From the NCBI GenBank assembly GCA_030704615.1, contig CM060733.1:71920001-71984000 (forward strand): DNA of 64,000 nt, read 5' to 3'. The notes beneath the pieces were generated by a model. It had not been told where the DNA came from. It saw nothing but the letters and a program-made list of their open reading frames with translations, and ran no database searches. How positions within the stretch are numbered: position 1 is the stretch's first letter; each line of letters begins with the position of its first letter. This document shows, piece by piece, positions 1-11,600 of the stretch. A program made the position numbers and the translations under genes. The DNA comes from Takakia lepidozioides (taxonomy: Eukaryota; Plantae; Bryophyta).

Positions 1-1545
1 TAGAGCATCGATCACACACCAGCATGGGGATGCCCCTCTAGCAGACCCACACAAACATGCACCTCACTCAAACTTGCAGATACCAATGCCACCGCTTGGT
101 CAATCATGCCATCAACATCGGAAGGTGACATGGCGCACAATTACGCACATGGTCCTTCCAAGTTATGCCATCCCGACCCTCCAAGACCAAGACGCCTGAG
201 GGCAAAACCTCTCGAACCCTCAAAAATAATAACACGTCTACAATTACAATGGCAAGGTTCTCGAAAGCCATGGGCATGACTTTCTTGAATAACTCTCGCA
301 CGCTGCTCACATGCACGTGCCCACACGTCCGGATCATCAAGATTAAGAACTGTAGCAGCTTCTCTGCGAATGGATGTAGGCAAATCCGGCTCTCAGCCAA
401 CAAAGAGAAGAAAGTTATGGTGAGAGGGGGAGGCAAGTTGATGCTTGCTTGCTGAACCTGTAGCCATAGCTAACCAGGATAACTGAAGGTCCCAATCTCC
501 TAGGTGTCCCTTCTGCAAGCCATACTTGCGCAAACCCCTCTTTACTGTCTGAACAACTCTCTCTGCCAAGCCATCGGCCTCAGGATGATCCCGAGAGTGG
601 TGCGGTGGTCATCAAGGCCTTGTCAACAAAACTCTGAACAACTCCCCAAGAACTCTCTCCCTTGGTCCGTGAGTACCTCAGCTGGAGCACCGAATCGGCC
701 TAAGCACACAATCCAAGAATGCATACGCAGCTCCCTCACTAGCCTTATCAGGAAATGGAACCAACTCAATCCACTTGGAGAAGTGCTCCACCACATCACA
801 AAAACGTACTGTTATGGCGAATGGTCAGTGTGAAGGGCAACGGCCTGCGAAGTCAAGACTCCACCTGTAGCCAATCCCATGATCTGGAAGAGGGTGTGCA
901 ATTGTGAGTAGGGGCGTTGAATGAAGAACGCACCCTGTTAACACACCATGCACCTAGCCACAAATTGTTGCACCTCTGTGTGCATACCACGCCACCAATA
1001 CTGCCCCTGCGCAGTATTGACTATGAGTGCGTCGCACCCCAAAATGCCCCAACTCCTCATGGGCATGCCGCACTAACCGCGTGCCGCTGTGTTGGGTGAG
1101 CGCAACAATCCTCACTCAACCATCTTCCCACACTCCGAGAGCAGGTGTGTCCCCTCCCACTTGAACCTTTTGGCTCGTTGTAGGATCCGATCCCTCTCCT
1201 TAGCAGTCACAGTGGCTGCCGTGTCTCCAGTGCGAAGATAGATCGTCAACACAGCTGAATCCTCATGTATATCTTTGACGCCACCTTGCTCATTGCTGAC
1301 CTCAGGGTCCTCAGACATTTGATCTACAATCATCCCTGTTGCAAGTCCAACCTGGCCTTCCGCTGCCAAGATACACAGAAAGCAGAAGAGCATGCCATCT
1401 CGGGCACCATCTCCATCCAGTCCACCATGCCACCGAGCTCCAGTGTCAATCCTGTGGCTCGCGGCAGGATTGCGACTCAACCCATCTGCAGTGCGATGAC
1501 CAAACCCGCGTCGATGCACAACTGTGAAAGTCATGACTCTGAAGG
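1..1545 (-). mobile_element. Degenerate Ty3/Gypsy pol fragment (RNase H end, integrase zinc finger and core)
   Basis: Minus-strand translation gives the RNase H end 'FTVVHRRGFGHRTADGLSRNP' (ORF 1112-1534), an HHCC-like region near 950-1080 and 'GYRWSLDFAG' near 845-880. Many frameshifts. Runs off the window start. Confidence 0.85.
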
Positions 1546-2163
1546 ATGAGCTGTGCCCACCGGTGTTTTTGCAAGATTCCCCGTAAGCTTGTTCTGCACT
1601 CCTATCAACTACTTGCAGTGGCTTTTTGGGATTCCGACGTGATCTGCGACGTCAATCAGTACAGAGAATGCACAAGCAATCAATCCAACCTGCCTTCAGG
1701 GAGATTGCGAAGAAGATGGGGCGTGGATGATGAAGCTAACACACATACAGATAGGGACACTCCCGCCCGCCCCAAACCCCGGCTTGAAAAATTCGAAGTC
1801 CTGGGGGGAAACCACTCACCACATTAAAAGCAAGTGTGGCGGATTCTGCCACTTTTTCGGCCTGATTCTCAAGCCGAATCGGCCACCCAGGGCAAAATCG
1901 GCAGGGATGGCCGATTGCGCACAGAGGACGGCAGACCCAAGGCCCATGTCTATCGGCCATCAATCAACCCCACATCCCCCTGACGCTCGCCCCGTTTATA
2001 TCCTCTCCAGGGCTCTGAATCTGGGCAATCGATAATCGAACCTCAATCATATTGCGCCACGTAGCGGCGTGAATTCGCCACACCGCTCGCCCAAAGGCCG
2101 CTTATAGGGCAGAGTCGGCCAAACGCGGCCCGTTTCTAGTACGAATTGCGGAGCGGAGCTACA
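1546..2163 (-). mobile_element. Possible LTR/leader remnant of the Gypsy element
   Basis: Non-coding GC-rich stretch adjoining pol. It ends in ...GAGCTACA at 2163, which is a TGTAG start on the minus strand. No second LTR in the window to confirm. Confidence 0.4.
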
Positions 2164-2449
2164 TTGCTGATGCCGAGTACTTATCATGTAGTATATACAA
2201 TTTTATAGTAAACAGTAATTGAGAAAAATACAGACGATAACATTCCCCTGCAAGAAATTCAGCAGCAAATACATCATCCATTTGTAAATGTTGAATCTCC
2301 CAAGTCAGTGGATAATGACAACTTGAAAATCTCTTTGATAATAGCTTTCAGAATAATAATATTATCTCTGAGTTGGACAAAAATTAAAGCTGGGAAAGAA
2401 AGAGAATATAGGGCAAGCCAAAATCGTAAAGAATTTTGGGAAAAATTCC

Positions 2450-4932
2450 TTTGTATTTTGCGGGGCCTTACACTTGTGAACACCACTCTAGGGTTAAGTG
2501 CAGGGACGTTCACGAGTGGAACGCCAGGCTGGCAGAGTGGGCTCCTGGAACGCACTCCTCTTACCCCTCCCTTCTTTCTTTTCGACTTCTTCCCCCTTCC
2601 TTCTGATTTCTTTCTGGCATCTTTTCTGAAATCAAGTCATCTAAATGTCAAGTAAATTCTCATTGAAAGTCTGCAGTAACATGCCCATTCAACATTTATT
2701 GAATCACAGAATGAGTCTCAGATCTCAATTGTCAAGTCTAGATCTCAGATCTCAACTCTACATCTCAGATCTTGATCTCAAGGATGTACATCATGAAATG
2801 AAATTGAACTTGAAAGAATCTATACCTACATCAGGGAGGTGAAAAGTTTCAATTTGTAGTTGGGGGAACATTCTCTTGGTCCTCTTTTCTGATCGAGTTT
2901 GGAATCTGAAGCTCTCTCAACAATTTAGCACCGGCATGAGGATCTACGATATTGATTATCGTGATAGGACAGTTTGACGTGTTTTCAAACTTGTGGCCTG
3001 AACGAGTAACATTGATAGCAGAAGCACCCCCAAAATTGCTGCGACCTTTCATACGTTCTCTGTAGCGATTGACAAATTACCTGCAGCACTGTCCCAAAAT
3101 GCATCATCCTGCAGATGAAATGCTGCACGGTTCTTTAACAGGCACAGTAACCACTGCATGCGAAGCACATGGAACAGTTCCAGTAAAGTCTGTTGAATTA
3201 TCAGATTCAAGTCCAGTCGAAAGATGAACTGATTGAGCCACATCGTTAGCACCTTCCACCTGAAGGAAATCAGAAGCTTCAGATTCTACGAATTTTTTGT
3301 ACGTCTCGGTCTCTTCCACCAGTGCTTCCTCAAACTTTAAGGGTTTTCCATTCACCGCTTCACTTGCAATGACACCCATATCTCTAAATGGAAACCAGCT
3401 TCCGATAATGTTTGGTTCATGAAGAGTCCAGTCGGTGTGAACACCTTGAGAAATATAACGAGAAATATGACTTCTGACATGCCTGAGCTGGCTGCTAAGA
3501 TCATTACAAACAAGATAGGACGCAACACTGGAATTACACGTATGGAAGAGGCCTTTGTGCCGATCGAGTACGGGATGGAGTTATCGGGTCATAGAGATCC
3601 AAAGTCATACTCGAAATACAACAGAATCACTAAACATATTTTTGGTGTCAGAAAAATTGGATGAGGGCCTGGCTCTTCTGAAGTCCAACGTGGACGGTGG
3701 GACATAAGGATTTTGTATGTCGCAATGACATCGGCCACATGACAGTCCACTGGCATCCTCTGTTGTTCAACTGAACACCTTATAATATCAACTCTCCAGT
3801 TTTTGTACATTGCTTGTGTGAATCGTAGCACTTTTGTCCCTGTTGGCAGAACATGTAATTTGAAATCTGCGTCAGTAATACTCCTTAGTTCTGATGATGC
3901 TCGAATAAAAAAACACTTTGTGCAGTACCATCCAAAACGGAAGTTCACTCCATTTGGAGTAGTTGCTTGACACTTATCCTGTGATAGCATCTTCAATTCT
4001 TCAGCAGGGCTAAGAACATCACTTCTCTTAGTTTTCCTGCCCATTCCAGCTTTTCGAGCCCTAGTAGCGGCTTCACTACCGGCATCTCTTACTTTCTTAA
4101 ACCTGGAATCGTGGAAAATGCGAATTGGATCATGTTGTATAAAATCTCTTGATTGGTAGCATCTCGAGGGCAATCTTCAGAATTGAGCAGATTACCATCT
4201 TCATCAAATTCTTCGCCAGGGTTGAAATCGCCATGAACATCAGATACTGGGACATCTATTCTTCCAATAGATTCGAACCGACTCGAAGACATGTACATTG
4301 CAGAATGAAAATCCTCTCGATCATTTGTAGTAACATCATGCATCAACTCAGGAAACGAGGTATTGACATGAGGATCTATCGTTGGAGGTAACTCATGAAC
4401 AAGTGCTGGAGAAACAAATGATTCAGGGATGTCCTTATCAAGTCCAAGATCAAAAGCATCAAAAAAGTCAGATGTAGGGATTAATTCAATTTGCTCAACT
4501 GCAGGTATCAAAGGTTTCAACTCTGACTCAGTAACTGAAGGAATAGATGAAGCATCCATTGATTCTTCTGTAATTCTCTCAAGAACAATATCAGAAGCTA
4601 CATCAAGGACTGAACCCTTAGTTTCACTCAAAACCACTGCAGAAAGCGGATCCACGACATGTGTAACAACTGGATGAGGCAAAACTGACAGGTGCATCTG
4701 GAGTATCAACTGCACAACTAGTAATTACACGAGGAAGCGACCGTAGAGGCAATGAAACTGCGCTCGTAAATGCTACTGAAGTAGCACCAACACACTTTGT
4801 AGCACGACCGCCGAAAACATCGTCGACAGACCGCAAAGGATCACTAGAAACTGTCTGCGCAATAGAAACTTCTAATGAAGGTCTCTCGTAATGTACTCGC
4901 AGCTTCTTACTACAATTTTCATTACCTTCCAT
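2450..4932 (-). pseudogene. Crypton-like (DUF3504-type) tyrosine recombinase gene, frameshifted and with an inverted internal segment
   Basis: Overlapping minus ORFs 4624-5118, 4089-4715, 3589-4173 ('FFIRASSELRSI', 'YKNW', 'PIFLTPK') and 3104-3379. The catalytic C-terminus 'WFMKSPVGVNTL...TNKIGRNTGITRM...LSGHRDPKSYSKY' lies on the + strand at 3383-3634. Confidence 0.75.
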
Positions 4933-5631
4933 GATGAGGATGCAGAAAAGAACAGACAACAAACTACTATTGAATGCACAAAACGAGCACATACCGACAG
5001 CGGCCAAAACAACACTGAAAAACGATCGAAATGTCAAGACCACTTGAGGTGACACCGTGCTGGAAAGATGATAAAGATAAAGACGGGGACCCAAAATTCT
5101 TTGCGTGGGGTAAAGCACCTGGGCTCGGTGGTTCCCAGGTGCTTTACCCTATACGTTGTCATACGAGGCAACAAGCTTTACAAACTTATCAAGTCAGTGC
5201 GATGCCTGCCTTGGCATCGAAAATGCTTGACCTGCCACAACCCTCGAACAAATTATCAGTAACTGAGAACTATGTGTGGGAGCTCATCGTTCCCTGTGAA
5301 AATTGATGATTGGATCCACGGATGCGATGGTCATAAGTCTGAAGTGTAATGAGTAGGTAAGGAGTAATGAGGGCAGTGGTGGGTGAAGGTATCAAGTATC
5401 CACATTGTCTGAAGCAGTAGGCACCAAATGAAGTTAAAGTGTGTTTAACGTCCACCGAATTACAGAGCGTACTGCTCTATGCACAGTCCTTTACAACCGG
5501 CGCTTCGTGTCGTGATCCTGCCGTGTCATCTTCTCCATCCTTAACAGTGCTTCGCGAATTTCTCGCATGGTGAAGAATTTCTCTTTCGTTGGGTTGACTT
5601 TGAATTCTGTAATTCTCATTGCAATTCCGTC

Positions 5632-8600
5632 ATGAGGTGGGAAGGGGGATCTCTTTCTCTCTCTCGTCTGGGCTCTAGATCGTCTGCCTGGTATAAGAAT
5701 GTTTGGAATTCAGACGACTGCTTCGTCGCAGCTCTGTCATCTGGGAGGTGGAGATCTTCTAGCACAGTCGAGGCGCCAGTAGAAGGACAGAAGCTGGTGG
5801 ACAGCCAGGATGGGAAGAAGAAAATGAACCTGTTTTCGGCCATAAATCATGCCCTTTACACTGCACTCGACACGGATCCCAGGTGCTTCCCTTTCTTGTA
5901 CAGGCTTTGATTACAGTGTATCTTTATTTCATTTTGGTTTGTTCGAAAGCATATGGAGAATTTGCGTCAACATTATGTCTGTATACTGCCTATGCAAGAG
6001 GAGAGAAGTTTGTTTATTTTTGTGGATGAGACTGAAACATAGTGGTGTGTCCTGGTCAACCAATTCAACTGTCATGGAGTTTGCCTACTTGATAGAATCA
6101 AGAAGGTGATGTATGGTTAGATTGTAAATAATGCTGAAACTACGGAGCATCTGGGCAGGTCGTATGTATTCGGTGAGGATGTGAGTTTTGGAGGTGTATT
6201 CCGATGCACCACTGGATTGCGCGACAAGTTTGGCCAGCACCGTGTGTTCAACACCCCTCTCTGTGAACAGGTAACATATCACTCACGCACAGTCCTTTTG
6301 CAGTACAGAGGCGAACTAAAGGCAATTCGGTACACTCATGGGTACGCTCCTGATGACGTGTGGCAGGGAATTGTGGGCTTTGGCATCGGCTTAGCCTCCA
6401 TGGTAACCACCCCCACTTCCCTTCCCTTCCCAGCCTCTCCCTCTGTCATAGACATAATGAATATCTCTCTTCTCCCTTCACCAATTTATGTCTCTTCTTT
6501 TTTCACTCTTATGTGACATTTATTGGTTTTTTTGCCATGGACTTGTTCACTTTTTTATTTCATGGGTGTTTTGGGAGATTGGCAGCTATCCAGGAGTATC
6601 AACATAGCGACTAGGTATATATGTCTTGATTTTTATCTGTACAAGTGTTGCATGGTTCCAGGGCAATCGAGCCATAGCTGAAATCCAGTTTGCCGACTAT
6701 ATCTACCCTGCATTTGACCAGGTCTGTTGTTGGTCCTCCTTAATATTGGTCCATTGTCTGCTATACTGCAATCATCTGCCAATAGCTTATGCTGGAGCTT
6801 TATGGTCAGTGACTCTATTGCCCCCTGTGGTTGGGTGACAGTCAAAGTATTTGAAGGTGAATCTGAGTGGTAGTATGCCAAATCTTGCATGAGTAATGTG
6901 GAGTTAATTGAAGACTATCAAGAGACTGAACTTTGTGCATCGGCGCCATTGAATTCGTGAGCAACATGTGTGAAGGATTTTTGAAATGGAAATCTGACTA
7001 GCTCCACTATGATATTGCAGATAGTCAATGAGGCTGCAAAGTATCGTTATAGAAGTGGAAATCAGTTCAATACTGGAGGTCTGTTGCTCATCTCTGCCAC
7101 CTCTCTGTCTCGCTGTGCTTGTGCATTCCCAAGTGGCTAAAGGTCATAGCACCATACACCTAGCTTTCCCAGATTGGATGTGGACATAGATTCTGTAGCC
7201 ATACTTGAGATCATCACAAAGGGAGGCAGACAGACAAACATTAGTGACATGGCACATACCTTGTGTGGGTGAGAGGCACATCAAATACTAAGCGTTGGAA
7301 GTCATTGACTCCTTATGAGAGATTTTCAGCATAAAATTCCCCAAGCTATATTTTCTTACATCCAATTATTGAACATGAATGCATAATTTTCATGAACCTT
7401 GTGCACATGCAGGACTCACAGTAAGGGCACCATATGGAGCAGTGGGCCATGGAGGGCACTACCACTCACAGTCTCCAGAAGCTTTTTTCTGTCATGTCCC
7501 TGGTATCAAGGTGGGTGGCACTCCCACAGCCCACACTCTCTGCTTTTTATTTCTCTCTGAGAGATACACTACATATTTTCGATAACTATCAATTCTTTTT
7601 TGCTCAAATTACTGCTACTATCTCTTAATGACTGGAATACGTCATTGTAGAAACACATTATATGTTTGACTATGGTTATGTGGCAAGCAAACATTTGTGA
7701 AAACATCTATTCTATCCAGAGTCAATCACACACATAATCGTGTAAAACATAGAACTAGATTAAATAGATCTTACATCAAGAGAGAAAGTGTTCACAAGAG
7801 AGATCTACACTCTCTGTGTCTCGGCTGAGTCTGGTGGTTCTACATCTACTCAACTGTTGAGCTCTGTACCGTTCCACACTCCTTGGTGACTTCAACCACC
7901 TACCACTTCAGATGTAAGACTTGGATGTAACTGCACATCCTTAATCTATAATCTAGTACATCCTACACTATACATTGACAGAGAATTATAGATGTATTCC
8001 TTCACTCCCACTAATACTCTGGCAGTATATACGTAGTGTCTTCCATCTTATTTGAATCTTGCTCCGGCTTCTTGTTCCACTTCAATCCAGCCCCTCTCGC
8101 ACAAATAAAGTGTTTCTCCTTCGGAACGCTCTTCGTCAAGAAATCAGCAATCATTTCAGATGTTGGAAGGTACTCCAATGTCACTTCCTTCGACTGGACC
8201 TTTTCTCGTATGTAGTGATACGGGATGTCAATATGCTTACTACGAGCATGAAACTTAGGATTTGCAGATAGCGCTATTGCACTTTGATTATCTGCATAAA
8301 TTATAATAGCCTTCTTCTGAACAAATCCCAAGTCCATCATCAGACTCCTGAGCCACACTGCCTTTGCTGCAGCCTTTGATAAAGCCATGTATTCGGATTC
8401 AGTACTTGACAAAGCCACGGACCTCTGCCTTTTGCTTGATCAGCTTATTGCACCACCTGCTAGCTTGAAGCAAAAACCCGATGTTGAACGTCGAGTGTCT
8501 ATGTCTCCAGCCCAATCCGCGTCTGAAAAACCTATTAGGGTTGCTCCTTTGTCCGATTTACAATACTGAATTCCAATGTGAAGAGTACCTTTTATGTACC

Positions 8601-11600
8601 TCATCACCCTCTTTGTTGCCTGCCAATGAGGCTCTCCGGGGTTCGATAGGAATTGAGCGAGACTACCCACTGCAAATGAGCAATCAAGTCGGGTGTTGAC
8701 AACAACATGCATCAAACAACCCCCGACTGCTTGTGAATAAGGCACTTCTTGCATCAAAGCTTTTCCATATTCAGTTTCTAGGCAATCTGACTTTGTTAGC
8801 TTCTCCCTGGTCTCCATTGGGATGCTAATTGGCTTACAATTTTCCATTTCAAATCTTTGCAGCACTCCAAGCAAATACCTTTCTCTGATCCATCCTTCTC
8901 CCCTGTTTCTTGAAATCTGCATCCCAAGGCAGTAGTGGATCTCCCCCATATCCATCATTTCAAATTCAGATTCGAGGAGCTTCTTGATCTCTTGCAAGAA
9001 ATTCACATCATTGCTAGCCAATATAGTATCATCAACATATAATGCCAGAATAAGGTAACTCGTGCTCTTCCGCTGCACGTAGACGTTCGAATCAGCTACG
9101 CTTCGATCAAACCCTATTGTCATCAAATAGGTGTCAAATCTTTGGTACCATGCCCGTGATGATTGCTTGAGCCCGTAAAGTGATTTGTTCAGCTTACAAG
9201 CTAAACCAGATTTGCTCTCTTGTATAACTCCTTCTAGGAACTCCATATAAATGTCTTCTTCTATGAAACCATTCAAGAAGGTAGTCTTAACATCAAGTTG
9301 TTGAACTTTCAAATCAAACTGAGCCGCAAGCGCAAGTATCACTCGTATAGATGCTAATTTGACTACTGGTGAAAAGGTCTATGTATAATCTAGTCCAGAT
9401 ATCTGTGAGTATCCTTTTGCTACCAATCTTGCTTTATAGCGATCCACACTCCCATCTGCCCGAAGTTTTACTTTGAACAGCCATTTACACTGTAACCCTT
9501 AGTCTGTTCACTATAGCCCAAAAATGTACACTCGACAGTGTGTGAGTTTGCGTCTATTATCCTTCTGTACTAGTGCAAAGGCTCTACAGCCAAAGACTTT
9601 CAAAGTGTGATACATCATGTTTCACACCTGTCCATAACTCTATGGGTGTTTTGTTATTCTGTAGAGCTTTGGTTGGTGACCTATTTTGTAGGTATGTGGC
9701 AGTCATAAGAGCTTCACCCCAATAGACATTTGGTAAGCTAGCATGGTGTAGCATGGAAAGTACTGCTTCCACTAAGGTCCTATTTTTCCTCTCAGACACC
9801 CCATTCTGTTGTGGTGTTCCTGCTACAGTAAACTGCCTCTTTATGCCACTCTCTTGACAGAATAAATTAAACTCATTAGAAATGTATTCACCACCCCCAT
9901 CAGCCCTTAGAACCTTGATCTTCTTACTTAGCTGATTTTCAACCAGTAACTTATACTGTTTAAACCTCTCAAATGCCTCTGACTTTTGTTTTAACAAATA
10001 AACAACAGTAAACCTTGAAAGATCATCTATAAATGTGATGAAATACTTAAACCCGTTGTGTGTGAGAGTTTGCATCGGTCCACAAATGTCAGTATGTACG
10101 AGGCCTAACAGTTCAGTAGCTCTCGTGCCTCCCTCTACAGGGAATTTCTCTCGGTGTTGTTTTCCTGAGATGCAATCTCTACATAATGTTAGTTTCCTAA
10201 CATCTACTGAATCCAGCCCTCTAACCATTGAGTTAGTTTGCATCTGATGCATTCTAGCTTGGTTCATATGACCTAATCTACAGTGCCATAGGTCTGCCTT
10301 ATTAGTCTCTAAGACAGTTGGCATTGCCATGACTTGTGAGTTCTGTAATGCAGTTCCTAGCTTATAGAGTCCGTTCTCTATCTCACATTTTGCTATGAGA
10401 TTTCCTTTGGAATTCTTCAGGTTACAGCAACATTCTTTTATGTTCATCTCTCCCCCAGCTAGGTCTAATTGCTTAACAGAAAATAAATTCTTCTTGAGAC
10501 CTAGCACATGGAGCACGTCAGGTACCTCCCTTCGCTGTCCATTGCACAACAACACAATGGCTGACCCTTGGCCTGTTATTTCATATGTTGAGTCATCCCC
10601 TAAATAGACAACCTGTCCATGTCTCCACTCTTTGTATATCGCAAAAGTGTGTATATCATACGCCATGTGCTGTGTGGCTCCTGTGTCCACATACCAAGTT
10701 GAATCTTTCCCTTTACTTATGATCATCGCTGCTACATAGAGCTGATTGCCTTCTACTGCAACATGTCCTTGTGTTGCTTGTTTATTTGTTGCTTCAGCTG
10801 CAATCCTCTTCCTGCAGTCCTTAATCATATGTCCAAACTTCTTACAGAAAAAACACTTTATTTGATTCTTCTTTCCTTTATTTGAGTTTGATCCTTCGCC
10901 ATCCTCCTTCTTGACACTACTTTTGTCCTCATTTTGCTTCTTCCTATTAAAACTATTATATGTACTAGACTTCTGTCCAGAATATAATGCAGTTTTTGAA
11001 TCTGTAGCAGGTCCTAGACTCATCATTAAAGTTTCTCCTGTATTAAGTCTGTAATTAAAGACTGTAGACTTATATTCGGTTGTCTCCTAAAAGAGCCTAT
11101 AAATGTTCGATAACTCATCGGCATACTCCTCATTAGGGATAAGACAACATCCTCGTCTGACACAGGGGAACCAGCAGCGGAAAGCTGTTCTAGCAAAGAT
11201 CTGAAGACATGTATATGCTTAGTGACATTTTCATTCTCTTTCATTTTTTAAGTTTGAATTTTGTCTCTAAGGTACATTTTGGTTACTGCATCCTTTGATT
11301 CATATAACCTTGTCAACTGTCGGTATGCTTCAAAAGCTGATGTACACGACTGTACATGTGACACTACACTATTGTCCAAGCAGTTATTAATTATGGTGAG
11401 TGAGAGGGCATCTCTCTCTTCCTAGTTTACTATACTCCCAACACCTGTGGCTGGAAGCGCTTGCTGCCCAGCAGCAATCTGTGCTGCCGTGGGAGCCACT
11501 AGTTTTAACTCTGTCCCTACGACTAGAGCCCATAGTTTTTCTGCTTTTAACAGTAGTGTTACTCTATGCTTCCACACATGGAAGTATGTGCCGTCAAACT

